A stretch of DNA of 64,000 nt from Desulfatiglandales bacterium (lineage in GTDB: Bacteria; Desulfobacterota; DSM-4660; Desulfatiglandales; Desulfatiglandaceae). The stretch is taken from the NCBI GenBank assembly GCA_963662465.1, contig OY759599.1:4224001-4288000 (forward strand). The letters are read 5' to 3'. The stretch's first letter is position 1. Each line of letters starts with the position of its first letter. This document shows, one piece after another, positions 9,527 through 20,165 of the stretch. Position numbers and translations under genes: made by a program. A model generated the notes under the pieces. That model saw only the letters and a list, made by a program, of their open reading frames with translations, was not told where the DNA came from and ran no database searches.

Positions 9527-10642
9527 ATGTTACGAATCGGGTTTGTGGGTTGGCGCGGCATGGTAGGATCCGTCCTCATGGGCCGCATGCGGGAGGCCGG
9601 CGATTTCAGGGATTTTGAGCCGATATTTTTCAGCACATCCAATGTGGGCGGCAAGGGACCGGAAACAGGCATCTCGGCCCCACCATTAAAGGACGCCTAT
9701 GACGTGGATCTTCTGAATTCCCTGGATGTCATCGTCACCTGCCAAGGCGGGGGCTACACCCAGAAAGTCCATCCTGAACTCATCAAACGTGGATGGAAAG
9801 GCTACTGGATTGATTCGGCCTCAACCCTTCGGCTTGATGACAACAGTATTATCGTTTTGGATCCGGTCAATCGATCGGTCATCGACGACGGGCTTCGCGC
9901 CGGCATCAAAACCTTTGTGGGCGGCAACTGTACGGTCAGCCTCATGCTCATGGCGCTCTCCGGGCTCTTTGCCGAAAATCATATTGAATGGATTTCCGCC
10001 ATGACCTATCAGGCCGCTTCCGGTGGGGGGGCCGAGAACATGAAGGAACTCATCGCCCAAATGGGAATACTGGGAAATGTGGCCAAAGACCTGGTGAACG
10101 ACCCTGGATCCTCGGCCATTGTGGTGGATGAAATGGTCACCGCAGCCATGCGAAATCCTGATTTTCCAACGAAAAAATTTCTGGCCCCGCTCGCCGGCAG
10201 CCTGTTGCCGTGGATTGACATCCCCATGGCATCGGGACAGACCCGGGAAGAATGGAAGGGTTCGGTGGAGACCAACAAAATCCTCCGGACAAAACGGCCC
10301 ATTCCCATTGACGGCCTGTGCGTACGCGTGGGGGCCATGCGCTGTCACAGCCAGGGGTTCACCATCAAACTGAATAAAGACCTACCAATGGATGAAATTG
10401 AGGACATCATTCAAAAAGGAAACGACTGGGTCACCCTGGTTCCCAATGACAAGGACGCTACGCTGAAGAATCTGACGCCGGCGGCGGTAAACGGCACCCT
10501 CGACGTACCGGTGGGAAGACTTCGAAAAATGCTGATGGGCCCTGAATATCTGGCCGCTTTCACCGTAGGCGACCAACTCCTTTGGGGCGCCGCTGAACCG
10601 GTTCGAAGGATTCTGAACATCATCATTGAACATATGGCTTGA
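9527..10642 (+). CDS. asd: Aspartate-semialdehyde dehydrogenase
   Basis: [31 protein letters not shown]. Confidence 0.96.
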   Translation: MLRIGFVGWRGMVGSVLMGRMREAGDFRDFEPIFFSTSNVGGKGPETGISAPPLKDAYDVDLLNSLDVIVTCQGGGYTQKVHPELIKRGWKGYWIDSASTLRLDDNSIIVLDPVNRSVIDDGLRAGIKTFVGGNCTVSLMLMALSGLFAENHIEWISAMTYQAASGGGAENMKELIAQMGILGNVAKDLVNDPGSSAIVVDEMVTAAMRNPDFPTKKFLAPLAGSLLPWIDIPMASGQTREEWKGSVETNKILRTKRPIPIDGLCVRVGAMRCHSQGFTIKLNKDLPMDEIEDIIQKGNDWVTLVPNDKDATLKNLTPAAVNGTLDVPVGRLRKMLMGPEYLAAFTVGDQLLWGAAEPVRRILNIIIEHMA

Positions 10643-10691
10643 GTTTGATGGATTAAAGCGCTTTATTTGCCAAGAAACACGCGGCTAAACA

Positions 10692-10720
10692 TTGACAAAA
10701 AAAGCGCTTATCGTTAAGAT
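10692..10720 (+). promoter_or_regulatory. Sigma70 promoter of tRNA-Sec
   Basis: TTGACA-N17-TAAGAT, 17 nt before the tRNA. Confidence 0.75.
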
Positions 10721-10737
10721 GGTCAACGTACGCTCAT

Positions 10738-10835
10738 GGAAGTGGTAAGCTCACTGGTGGGGCTCCCGGACTTCAAATCCGGTGTATCGGGCTAAAACCT
10801 CGATAGGTGGGTTCGATTCCCATGCACTTCCGCCA
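10738..10835 (+). tRNA. selC: tRNA-Sec (UCA)
   Basis: GGAAGTG/CACTTCC acceptor stem + GCCA; CCGGA-CTTCAAA-TCCGG anticodon arm; long variable arm; GTTCGATT T-loop; 98 nt. Confidence 0.96.
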
Positions 10836-10940
10836 TAATAAAAACGGGTACTTAGGGGTTAAAAAAGGCTTTATCTGCGGATCAGGCCTTTTCTGTTTTA
10901 CACATAAAGGTGTCAAAAACCGTCATATACAATGCAAAAA

Positions 10941-10982
10941 TCATTACGGTCACATTACGATCATTACGGTTTTCATTACGAT
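10941..10982. repeat. Four CATTACG direct repeats, candidate integrase arm-type sites
   Basis: CATTACG at 10942, 10953, 10962, 10974, about 110 bp past the tRNA end. Confidence 0.6.
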
Positions 10983-11261
10983 TTGATTTAAAAAAACGCC
11001 CAAATATTCAGTAAAATTCCTATCCATGCCATTTTAAATCTCCTTTCGTACCAATTTATTATAGTGTTTTTTGCAATACGGCATCGACCCGGCACCGCGT
11101 TCCGGCGCTCAGTCGCACCCATCGTATTCCCATGCCATTTTTCCCTTCCGGGAAGAATGGTTCTTTAGCCACCCCGTTATTCTGGAAACGGGAACCAAAA
11201 ATTCCAAGCGAAAATGGCCGGCACATTTATCAGCGTTTCGCCACGCCTCACGGATACCCAT

Positions 11262-11669
11262 TTATCCGGCCCTCATCCCGTCAGCCAACCGCCCGGCTCG
11301 GCCCCCGACTTGCCGCGCCCATGCCGAATCAAGCATTTCATCCGCCGTCCGGGAAAAATCCGCCGCCATGATTGCCGCCCACATCCTTTTGAACCTCAGA
11401 ACCCCAGAAAGCCCCAGGTTGAAAATCATTTCAACAACAACCCGGCGCCGGTTCTGATTTAGGGTTTTCACTTTTTCTACGGGCAATTTTAGGTATTGAT
11501 CAGAAGCATGGTAAATGTCCGCTTCAAACATCATTTCCGCTTCGGCTTTTGAGATTCCACGTGTGTCCAGACACCGGCCATGGCCGATGGTCAGATATCC
11601 CCGCGAATCCCTGTACGGTTTCAACCGCAAACCCTCAGCACCCTTAATCTGTTTTTTCAGCGTTTCCAT
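11262..11669 (-). CDS. Phage lysozyme (GH24/T4-like endolysin)
   Basis: EGLRLKPYRDSRGYLTIGHG catalytic E-x8-D-x5-T; MIFNLG; EMLDSAWARQVG. Confidence 0.88.
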   Translation of the reverse strand: METLKKQIKGAEGLRLKPYRDSRGYLTIGHGRCLDTRGISKAEAEMMFEADIYHASDQYLKLPVEKVKTLNQNRRRVVVEMIFNLGLSGVLRFKRMWAAIMAADFSRTADEMLDSAWARQVGGRAGRLADGMRAG

Positions 11670-11944
11670 GGCACCCTCAGTTTCCTAATTTTGTTTCGAT
11701 TGCAGTCAACCTTTTTTCGATTTCGATCTGCATTTGACCGGTTGAATCTTTGGCCTTTTCTCGTTTCACGTCCATCGAAATCATTCTCATGGCCGGTAAA
11801 TCTGGCCGCTTTGGCCCTATATCCCGCCCTTATGGCTGCCTGTGTGGCATTCAGATCAACGAGGTACTCCACCACAAAACGCTTTTGCTTGTCCGTAAGG
11901 CGCCGTTTTTTAAGTTTTGGCGTTTCCAAGTCCCTATTGCCCAT
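11657..11944 (-). pseudogene. Truncated phage terminase small subunit
   Basis: LTDKQKRFVVEYLVDLNATQAAIRAGY N-terminal HTH (about 11783-11900); similarity lost afterwards. Confidence 0.75.
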
Positions 11945-12720
11945 TTTCGAGGCCCTCAAATCAACGAGGCTTGCCGTTCTAAAATCAGTCCATGCTGTGA
12001 AATCCATTATACACCATGTTTTCAGCGAAAATCGTATATGCGCGGATTTGACACCCCAGGGATACGCGAGGAATCGCAAAAAAACCATTGACAAGGATTT
12101 TGTTCATGTTTTTTGAGGCTTTTTCCAATTTCCTAAAGATAGCCACAAAACCAACCTCACTACAATTCACTATGAGGAGGGCATTTACAGTGCCTAAAAT
12201 CTATGGAGTTCGATCTCTCTTTTCCAAGTCGTGGGGGCACTAAGAGAGCATGAAAGAATTGGCATACTTTATGAGTTTTTTAAATTAGATAGGTTATCAG
12301 ACATAAGCCAATGGGGCTAGTTGGGGCTCTATTCGAGTTACCTTAGACGCGTAGATCTGGTGTTCTGTTTTTTTGGGCCTAAATTTTTATCACTAAACAA
12401 AAAAATTTATATTTTCTTGACAAAGATCACTTCTTCTTGTAATTGTGCCTCACTTTATCTGGAAAAGATCAAACCTTTTATAAAATGGAGATGGAAAATC
12501 GCGATTCTCGGAAAAGAAGGCTGGCTTGCCAATGGGCAACCTGGCTTCTTTTGCATTTAAGCCCACGTTCTGGATTTCCAAATTGGATTCCAAGAAGTGG
12601 AAAAAAAGCGTAGTCACAAGTACATCCCTGAATGTATCAGGAAAGAAATATTCTATAGTAGACTACCTCAATATGGCGAGGTCAATTGATCAGAAGAAAT
12701 TGAACGGAAAAGGAGGAAAC

Positions 12721-13098
12721 ATGGAAAGAGATAAAAAGACATTTTTGGTTGTGTTATTGGGGATTTTCTTGCTCGGCTGTACCAGCACGGTGCAAAGCTC
12801 GGGCGCTGCGCCTCTGGACCAGAATGCGTCAAAGAAAATTGAAAAGAACATTGATATTGCCAAAATAAATGCAATCGCAGGAAGCTGCTCTGAGCAGAAT
12901 GATCCAGTTTGTTTAGAAAAAATGGTAAAGGAAATTGAACGGATTTTTGATTCGTCAGGATACAGCCTCAATAAAACATTGGCGAACTGTTACTCAAGCA
13001 GAGAAAATGCGATTCATGCTATGCAGCTCGGGTGGGGAGATTTGTTTTTGAGCGTATTTGCATTATTGGAAACTAATGACTTATCGTTCGCGTTTTAA
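12721..13098 (+). CDS. Hypothetical lipoprotein
   Basis: GGAGG RBS; MERDKKTFLVVLLGIFLLG-C lipobox. Confidence 0.6.
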   Translation: MERDKKTFLVVLLGIFLLGCTSTVQSSGAAPLDQNASKKIEKNIDIAKINAIAGSCSEQNDPVCLEKMVKEIERIFDSSGYSLNKTLANCYSSRENAIHAMQLGWGDLFLSVFALLETNDLSFAF

Positions 13099-13259
13099 AA
13101 ATAAGTTCTGCAAATTTTGCCGAGGAGGCAGGCAGCACTTACTTGGCGGAACAACATCTCCACGATAAAATACGATATCAGAGGCATTGGTAGTACATCC
13201 CCGGTAAGGATACAGGCCCATAAGGGGAACAGGAACGAGCGCCTTGATAGATTGATTCG

Positions 13260-15570
13260 AAATTGTCGTAATTCATAGCTATTATTATTTTTTAATGGAT
13301 TCAAAAACAATACGATAACATGCTGGAATAACGATGGACATTCACAGCTGTTTGTATTATATTAGTTTCCCAACATTACAACCACTTGAAATAACAGGGG
13401 AACTATATGAACCGACATGTGACGCATGTGTTCATTTTCGCATCAGTGTGTTTTTTGGTTTGGTTTTGCAGTTTTTCAAAGGTGCAGGCATCACCTGTTT
13501 CAGCAGGTACTGGAAATAATATAAATGCCGGTGCATCATCAAATCAACAAACTGGTCAATCTGAAAATCAACCCAGACCTTTCGGTCAGAAGAATGATCG
13601 GCAGAAAATCCCAAAGCTTGAACGAAACAGGCTGGAAGAAGGTAAAAAATCAGCACCTGTAAGGAAACGAAAAAAAAAGAAAAAATCAAATAAAACGAAA
13701 ACTGCCAAGAAAAAGCGTGAGGGAACTCTATCATCGGATGATGATGCCTCTCACATTGCAAACAAAAGGAAAAAGGTCAAAAAGATTAACGTTACAGCAG
13801 AAAGAGTTGACGATATACCCCTATTGATAAAGGCCATGGTGAAAATGGGTATACAAGAAGCTATAGACCAACACATCCCAGTTCAAAAGAACCAAAGAGA
13901 TTTGAGCTGGGGATGGACGGCTGTTATATGGTTGGCATATATGTTATCGGAGGGAGACCATCGCAAAGTAGTCGTCCGGGAATATGTATCTGGAATGCGG
14001 CATACCTTAATCGAATTAACAGGATTGATAATCTCCGAAAATGATTTCACAGACGATCGTTTAGCGAATCTTGCCAGGTATTTAAGCGATAACGATATTT
14101 GGAGCAAAGTTGAAGAGAGAATAAGTGGCAATACGATTGAAGCATATGAGTTGCCGGAAGAAACTGTCAGGGTTGATGCTACGACTGTATCCGGCTACCA
14201 CAAAACAGTTGAAGGTGGGATATTCCAATTTGGTGTTAGTAAAGACGACCCCAATAGACCGCAAATAAAAATCATGACGGGTTCGCTGGATCCTCTTGGG
14301 ATGCCGTTAGCCACGGATGTTGTTCCAGGGCAAATGGCCGATGACAAATTGTATGCACCTATCATAAGTCGCATTCACTCTATGCTCCAGAAACAAGGTG
14401 TCCTTTATGTGGGCGATTGCAAACTGAGTTCTCTTGAAAATCGTTTACACATTAAGGAAAAAGCGGAAGGACATTACTTATGTCCATTGCCTAATACTGG
14501 GAAAACCCCAGAATATATGGAGAAATGGATAGATGAAGGAAATTTGAAAGACAAAAAGAACGAGTTGATAAAGTACATCGTCCAAGACGATAAAGGTCAA
14601 GAGGAACTGAAAGCAAAAGGGTATGAGATAGAGCGTAACCAATCTGGTGAAATAAATGGAAAAGTGCTGAAATGGAAGGAACGCGTATTGATTGTAAAAT
14701 CACCAGCGTATGAAAAGCAAAAAGAACTGGGATTGGAACGACGGCTTAAAAGCGCCGAGGAAAAATTATATGCTCTGACACCACCAAGAGGCCCGGGGAA
14801 AAGGCAGATCAAAGAAAGAGAAAAATTAATAGAATCAGCAAAATCGATTTTGAAAAAACATAGGGTGAAAGATTTCCTTAAATATGAATATGTGCGGGAA
14901 GTAGAAAGTAAAACGAAATATATTGGTAAAGGTAGAGGGAGTGTCAAAAGAGAGAAAAAGGTTGAAGAAAGAATACGTTATCAAATAACAAAAGTGACAC
15001 GGATTAAGGAAGCAATAGATGCGGAGAAGAAGAAGTATGGGTGGAAGGCCTATGTTACAGATGTATCAAAGGAGCGACTTGATTTTATTGATGTAGTTAG
15101 GTCTTATCGAAAACAATACCGGGTTGAACGAATATTTAACCGACTGAAAAGTAGGCTAAACATCGCTCCATTTTACGTAAAAAGGGAAGATCAAGTTAAA
15201 GGAATAACGCATCTTCTGATGATAGGAGTCAGGGTAATTACTCTGGTTGAATTTGTTGTTCGCCGCTCATTAGCAAGAAGCGACGAAAAGCTTGTTGGAT
15301 TGCACCTGGGAAATCCCAAGAAAGCTACGAACAATCCAACGTGTGAGAAGCTATTAAATGCTTTCAGCAAAATTACATTAACGATAATTGAAACAGGAGA
15401 TAGTGTGATAAGACATCTAACCCCACTTTCTCAATTGCAACGTGAAATTCTAAAACACTTTGGACTTAGCACTTCTATATACGATAATTTAGAAGTTATG
15501 CAATAGTAAAATATTATCGTCATAGTCCTTACAGGTTGTCACAATTGAAATACAGATTTTACGACAATTT
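13260..15570 (+). mobile_element. IS1634-family insertion sequence
   Basis: 12-bp inverted repeat AAATTGTCGTAA (13260-13271) / TTACGACAATTT (15559-15570) around the transposase; AT-rich. True ends may extend 2-3 bp. Confidence 0.75.
13407..15506 (+). CDS. IS1634-family DDE transposase with long N-terminal extension
   Basis: ERVDDIPLL, VRVDATT, FGVSKD, YVGDCKL, YRKQYRVERIFNRLK. Confidence 0.88.
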   Translation: MNRHVTHVFIFASVCFLVWFCSFSKVQASPVSAGTGNNINAGASSNQQTGQSENQPRPFGQKNDRQKIPKLERNRLEEGKKSAPVRKRKKKKKSNKTKTAKKKREGTLSSDDDASHIANKRKKVKKINVTAERVDDIPLLIKAMVKMGIQEAIDQHIPVQKNQRDLSWGWTAVIWLAYMLSEGDHRKVVVREYVSGMRHTLIELTGLIISENDFTDDRLANLARYLSDNDIWSKVEERISGNTIEAYELPEETVRVDATTVSGYHKTVEGGIFQFGVSKDDPNRPQIKIMTGSLDPLGMPLATDVVPGQMADDKLYAPIISRIHSMLQKQGVLYVGDCKLSSLENRLHIKEKAEGHYLCPLPNTGKTPEYMEKWIDEGNLKDKKNELIKYIVQDDKGQEELKAKGYEIERNQSGEINGKVLKWKERVLIVKSPAYEKQKELGLERRLKSAEEKLYALTPPRGPGKRQIKEREKLIESAKSILKKHRVKDFLKYEYVREVESKTKYIGKGRGSVKREKKVEERIRYQITKVTRIKEAIDAEKKKYGWKAYVTDVSKERLDFIDVVRSYRKQYRVERIFNRLKSRLNIAPFYVKREDQVKGITHLLMIGVRVITLVEFVVRRSLARSDEKLVGLHLGNPKKATNNPTCEKLLNAFSKITLTIIETGDSVIRHLTPLSQLQREILKHFGLSTSIYDNLEVMQ

Positions 15571-15573
15571 ATA

Positions 15574-15690
15574 TGATTGTTGGAGATATGGAACGATGGT
15601 GTTTTACGCACGATCCATTCCATTTTCTGCCCTATTGTGTTGTTCCAATATTCGACGTGTGTTGTTTTTCAGGCTTTACTAACCCATGGC
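15574..15690 (-). pseudogene. Degenerate IS1-family transposase (InsB) fragment
   Basis: Minus strand reads VSKA*KTTHVEYWNNTIGQKMEWIVRKTPSF, resembling the InsB motif HVERWNNTLRQRLARFVRKTLSF as I recall it. Confidence 0.6.
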
Positions 15691-15951
15691 CTTGGGCGCT
15701 AACCAAAATGGAACCAGTTTTGCTACTCCAAACGGAACCAGATATTGCGCACTGGTCTTTTCCTTTTAGAAGGGTTTTCTTGTAAATTTGTTAGAGGTTG
15801 CATGAAAGAGTATATCAGATGGTATTTTAAAAATGCTGGTGAGACACGTAGCGTTCTGGTTGAAGAATCAGTGATGAGGATACCATCAATATGGTGATGG
15901 CAGAGAAGAGGGGATTAGATTTTTCGGTTAAGGGCAATGCTTATTGAGGAA

Positions 15952-16149
15952 CTATTTGTCTATGTCATAGTCGTCCGGTAAATTCAGGAGGCCTCCCTTC
16001 GCCAATTGATCCTCAATCAAATATCCAATTTCCCCGTTTTTTTTCAGCTGTAGAATCATCCATTTGGGGAGACGAATGGTGAGCAGTTCACGTCTCAAAT
16101 GTTCCGGTTTCTTTCTTCGGCCGGCGCCTACCCGTTTTCCACCTCTCAT
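15952..16149 (-). CDS. Small basic putative DNA-binding protein (RHH-like passenger)
   Basis: MRGGKRVGAGRRKKPEHLRRELLTIRLPKW pattern typical of small mobile-element proteins. Confidence 0.5.
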   Translation of the reverse strand: MRGGKRVGAGRRKKPEHLRRELLTIRLPKWMILQLKKNGEIGYLIEDQLAKGGLLNLPDDYDIDK

Positions 16150-16247
16150 TTCAAGCTCCAAGACAAGGTAATTTCTGATATTCGTGTAACGAGATTCAAA
16201 CAGACCGGTGATATTCAGACCTCAAAACCGGCCCTTTGGCGAACATC

Positions 16248-16967
16248 TCATTTTCTGAGGGAAGGACCATCAATATGAATGTTGATGCAGCGATGGTTGA
16301 GACGATCCAGCAAGGCATCGACCATGTCCTTTGGTTCAAGCAGCGAATACCATTGTTCAGGTTGAAGATTGGTCGTAATAATTGTGGACCGACCGGCTTC
16401 ATAGCGATCTTTCATGAGTTTAAAAAAGGCGTTCATCTGCTCTTTTTTGAGGGTCAGGTATCCCAGTTCATCGAGCAGAAGCAGGTCATATCTGCAAAGG
16501 GCATTGAGGAGTTTCGGGGTGGACCGATCTGCCAAAGACGCATAGAGCTGATCCAGCAAATCCTGAACATTATAAAAACGCCCCCGGTACCCGGCAATAA
16601 TGGCTTGACGAAGGATCCCCACGGCCAATCCCGTTTTGCCGACGCCGGTTTTTCCATGGAACACGATGTTTTCTCTTCGGCTGATAAAGTCAAGGCCGGA
16701 CAACGTCATGATCCGGCTCTTCTGTATTCCCGGCTGAAGATCAAACGGAAAGGAGTTGAGGGTCCATTCCCATGGAAGCTTTGCAATCTGGACCCGATAG
16801 ATCATGCTGCGCTCCTGCCGGAAACGTAATTCCTCAGCCAGGAGATTGTAGATGACCTCGTGAATGGAAAAACCGTTCTTTTCAGCCGAAGCCAACTGTT
16901 CTTCGAGAGCCTTCAGCATGCCTTTAAACTTCAAATCAATGAGTAACTGTTCAATTTTCTTTTTCAT
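16248..16967 (-). CDS. istB: IS21-family helper ATPase
   Basis: Walker A GKTGVGKT, Walker B LLLLDELG, TIITTN, ALLDRLNH; 4-bp overlap with istA. Confidence 0.93.
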   Translation of the reverse strand: MKKKIEQLLIDLKFKGMLKALEEQLASAEKNGFSIHEVIYNLLAEELRFRQERSMIYRVQIAKLPWEWTLNSFPFDLQPGIQKSRIMTLSGLDFISRRENIVFHGKTGVGKTGLAVGILRQAIIAGYRGRFYNVQDLLDQLYASLADRSTPKLLNALCRYDLLLLDELGYLTLKKEQMNAFFKLMKDRYEAGRSTIITTNLQPEQWYSLLEPKDMVDALLDRLNHRCINIHIDGPSLRK

Positions 16968-18346
16968 AGATCAAAAAAGTCTCCCGCGATATAATCGAGA
17001 ATAATGTTTTCCAGACGCGACAAATCAAAAAGTCCATATTTAAGCGCCTGTGTTATGGCTTTCAAAAAAGGTTCCCCGGGATAAGTGCGTTTCAGATGAA
17101 GCAACCGACGTAACTTGACCACACCGCGACCGTGACTTCTTTTCTTCAGTTCAGCCACATACTCATCCAGGATGGCATCCTCTCCCGTCAACAGCTGTTC
17201 TTCTTTTGAAGGGATTCGGGGATCTTTTTTTCTTCGAATGGGAACATGGTGACCGGGCAGGGTTGTTCGGGTGTTGCGTTTATCCAGTATGCGGTCATGT
17301 TCCGCCACTTTTGTGTTTTTGTCGTAAACGATGACCTTGAGCCAATGTTTCTGTACTTCCAGGGAGTTCCCAATCAGCGCTTCAGGGACTGAATAGCGGT
17401 TGGTGTCCAAGTGCACATATCCCTGAACATCGGCTACCCTGTGTTCTGCCACATAGACTGGCGGCTGGTATGCCGGTAAATCAATGAGATATGGCTTTTC
17501 AATGACATAGGCCTCATCCGGCGTCATCCCTAAAGCCCGTTTAAACTTTTTATCGCTTGTATTCCGGCACCAGTCGATTGCCTGCCGGTTCAAATCCTGC
17601 CAGCTAACAAATGTTCTACCGGGAAGAAAATTGTTTTCCACAAAATGAAAAGGCCTTTCCACACGGGCACTTCGATTGGCGTCTCCTACAGCATGGGCCT
17701 CAAACCGGGTTCCATACATATCGCCGAAGTATTTCATTTCAGGCGCAATCAATGCATCAGGCCCGGTGCCGCCGGCCACAATAACATTGGTGTTGTCAAC
17801 CATGCACCGGGAACACACCCCGTCCATAAACTCGAATGCTTTTTTTAGGAAAACCTTGCACTCAAACCGGGTAAAACAGGGGTAATACTGAATAAAAATC
17901 CTTCGGCAAAAGGCCAGGGTCAGGGACGCGCACTGGGTCGACATTTTTTTCCCATTAATGACAACCAGATGGGGTGACGTATCATGCTGCATCTCCTGAC
18001 CGGGTTTAAAATGGTATTGGCCCGCCCGTCTTTTTTTACGTTCCCGGATCTCGTACTTTCTCATAATCCAGGTCAGACTCTGATAAGGGATTTTGATCTG
18101 TTGGCGGCTTTCCAGTTCCTCGGCTACTCGCACGGCATTTCCTTTACATTCCTTGAAAAGCTCGCGGATCAACGGGACATGTTCTTCATACCGGGAGTTC
18201 CTTTGGGGTACCGCCTCTTCGTCATGATCATCTAAAACCTTCGTGACGGTATTGCGACCGGCCTTCAGGGTTTTGGCGATGTCGCGCAAACTCATGCCGG
18301 TTTTTTTCAATTCCACAATGGCATCTTTTTTGGATTGTCGGATCAT
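16964..18346 (-). CDS. istA: IS21-family transposase
   Basis: N-terminal HTH; EMQHDTS / MVDN / RVERPF DDE triad; DTNRYSVP. Confidence 0.92.
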   Translation of the reverse strand: MIRQSKKDAIVELKKTGMSLRDIAKTLKAGRNTVTKVLDDHDEEAVPQRNSRYEEHVPLIRELFKECKGNAVRVAEELESRQQIKIPYQSLTWIMRKYEIRERKKRRAGQYHFKPGQEMQHDTSPHLVVINGKKMSTQCASLTLAFCRRIFIQYYPCFTRFECKVFLKKAFEFMDGVCSRCMVDNTNVIVAGGTGPDALIAPEMKYFGDMYGTRFEAHAVGDANRSARVERPFHFVENNFLPGRTFVSWQDLNRQAIDWCRNTSDKKFKRALGMTPDEAYVIEKPYLIDLPAYQPPVYVAEHRVADVQGYVHLDTNRYSVPEALIGNSLEVQKHWLKVIVYDKNTKVAEHDRILDKRNTRTTLPGHHVPIRRKKDPRIPSKEEQLLTGEDAILDEYVAELKKRSHGRGVVKLRRLLHLKRTYPGEPFLKAITQALKYGLFDLSRLENIILDYIAGDFFDL

Positions 18347-19227
18347 AATTGGGTCGCTTTCTTGAGTTCCAGTGCTTGTTTTTCTATCTTTTTCACCCAG
18401 GTTTTGAGCGTTTGTTTCTTCAACTGATCGCTTTTTGGGTAATGGACATGCGAAACGGTTTTCACCAGACGTTTGAGAACCGCATATGCCATTTCAATAT
18501 CCTTGAACCATTTGCCTTCCGGTCCATCATGAACTTCTTTGGCTTGTTTAGACTGGGTTCTTTGTTCGAGAACTTTTATGAAAAGGGATGGATTTTCCAG
18601 CATGTGGTCTCGAACAGACCGGTTGCTTTTCTGGTAATGTGCGTAGAAACGGGCCAGTTCCCTTGTGGATAGAGGTTCTTTTTCCAGGTGGGCCAACAGT
18701 TTTTGTGCGTCTTCACCGTTGGCGCGCGCCAACGGCGCCATGACACGGCTGGCAGCCCAGGTTGAAAGTGAGCCTGCAATCACGGTTCTCAAAATATTTT
18801 CCGGCAGGGCTTCAACCAGGTCCAGCCGCCGTTTTACAAAACTCTTGTCGCGCCCTATTCGGGTTGCAATATGGGAGAGGCTGCACCCAAAACGCCGATG
18901 TAATTCCTGAAGTAAAACAGACTGCTCAATGACTTCCCATTGCCGTTCATTGGCCTTGGTTAAAAGCGAAAACATGGCATTTTGTTCGTTTTCTTTTGAG
19001 AATTGGACACATATCCGGTCCTTTCCACAAGCACAAAGCGCTCGAACACGCAGGTAGCCATCAATCAGAATCAGTTTGTCTTTTTCTTCAATAGCCAGGG
19101 CCGGAACGATCTGCCCGTAAGTTTCGATGGAATCCCTCAATCGCTTTAAAGCCTGGTGATTCATTATCCGGCAATGAGCGTAACGCAACTCCAGCAAATG
19201 AATATCAACGGTTCGGATGGATTCCAT
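18343..19227 (-). CDS. ParB/Srx N-terminal domain + HTH protein
   Basis: SIETYGQIVP...LIDGYLRVRAL (ParB GxxRxxA box); SLSHIATRIGRDKSFVKRRL HTH; 4-bp overlap with istA. Confidence 0.85.
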   Translation of the reverse strand: MESIRTVDIHLLELRYAHCRIMNHQALKRLRDSIETYGQIVPALAIEEKDKLILIDGYLRVRALCACGKDRICVQFSKENEQNAMFSLLTKANERQWEVIEQSVLLQELHRRFGCSLSHIATRIGRDKSFVKRRLDLVEALPENILRTVIAGSLSTWAASRVMAPLARANGEDAQKLLAHLEKEPLSTRELARFYAHYQKSNRSVRDHMLENPSLFIKVLEQRTQSKQAKEVHDGPEGKWFKDIEMAYAVLKRLVKTVSHVHYPKSDQLKKQTLKTWVKKIEKQALELKKATQL

Positions 19228-19624
19228 ACCCAGTCTCCCGAAAGATTTCCTCTATGGTTTCTCCAAGACTGACCCAATTTCCTTGCCGGATCTCCTTTAC
19301 CTGTTTCACAATCACAGGACGTCTGGGAAGCGAAAGAACCTGAAACAGACGGCCATCAAACCCAATCAGATCCTTGTCCAACAAGCCATCGCGGGCATCG
19401 ATATATTGATCCAAATGCACCTTTAAAATCCGGCAGATTCTGTCGTAACCATAATAAGAGAGCCCGTTTTTGTCAGATACCAACACCAGAAAAATGTAGA
19501 GCAGCAGCTCATGATGATTCAGGCTCTCCCAAAAGCCGTTTCTCAAAAAACGATGCTCCAGAAAGCCGAAGCTTCCATTGATGACACGCACTCTTTCGGG
19601 AAAAAGGACTCTTTTTTTGATCAT
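19205..19624 (-). CDS. Winged-HTH protein (replication-initiator-N-like), transposon accessory
   Basis: ELLLYIFLVLVSDKNGLSYYGYDRICRIL; overlaps the parB-like start. Confidence 0.65.
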   Translation of the reverse strand: MIKKRVLFPERVRVINGSFGFLEHRFLRNGFWESLNHHELLLYIFLVLVSDKNGLSYYGYDRICRILKVHLDQYIDARDGLLDKDLIGFDGRLFQVLSLPRRPVIVKQVKEIRQGNWVSLGETIEEIFRETGYGIHPNR

Positions 19625-19636
19625 TTTTTTCTCCTG

Positions 19637-20080
19637 TCATGGATATGGGGTTTTCTCAAAGCCTGTTACATCTGAAAAAACCCTCCCTGCATAAGCACGG
19701 CGAGGAAAATGGTCCACAACAACCCCGATCGACCCGCAAAAAAGACAGCTGGGTCGGTTCCCCGACCGCTTTTTGGGTTCAATATCACAGTCTTTTTGAG
19801 GTGTTGAACTATCATCACCAGGGTTCAGTCCATTTTTTTTGGATTTTTTTGTTTTTTCGTACAAACGACGGCGCTCTTTCCCTTTTTTCGAATTGCGGTA
19901 TTTCCCCTGAGCTTTCCGGTGCAGCTGTCTTTGGCGTATCCTGCGACATCGTTCCCCACAATAGGCCTGGCCACGCCAACACGACCGACAGACGTGAAAA
20001 AAGCAACCACAACATCGGCATTGAACCACTCTTAAAAGGACATCTCCCATCATTCCGGCCTTGCAATTGGCCGGAAACAC
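19637..20080 (-). CDS. Cys-rich basic putative Zn-finger protein, transposon accessory
   Basis: CRCCGCFFHVCRSCWRGQAYCGERC plus distal CLFCG; first gene of the co-oriented five-gene run; start uncertain. Confidence 0.6.
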   Translation of the reverse strand: MFPANCKAGMMGDVLLRVVQCRCCGCFFHVCRSCWRGQAYCGERCRRIRQRQLHRKAQGKYRNSKKGKERRRLYEKTKKSKKNGLNPGDDSSTPQKDCDIEPKKRSGNRPSCLFCGSIGVVVDHFPRRAYAGRVFSDVTGFEKTPYP

Positions 20081-20129
20081 ACTTATATAAAATTGGCGTG
20101 TGTGTGGCTTCCGGCTCTATCCGGTGGTC

Positions 20130-20165
20130 AAAAAAGAAGGCCCGAAGCGGCTACTTCGGGCCTTC
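20130..20165 (-). terminator. Terminator-like hairpin in the leader of the transposon operon
   Basis: GAAGGCCCGAAG-N6-CTTCGGGCCTTC perfect 12-bp stem followed by a T-run on the minus strand. Confidence 0.65.

Noticed and set aside
8115..11669. Holin-family gene plus lysozyme as a lysis cassette
   Set aside because: The YvlD-type gene overlaps a host EamA gene and is separated from the lysozyme by cobB, asd and selC; this family is usually chromosomal.
16001..16006. GCCAAT as target duplication matching 20361-20366
   Set aside because: It lies inside an intact small ORF and the following sequence does not resemble the transposon end; likely chance.
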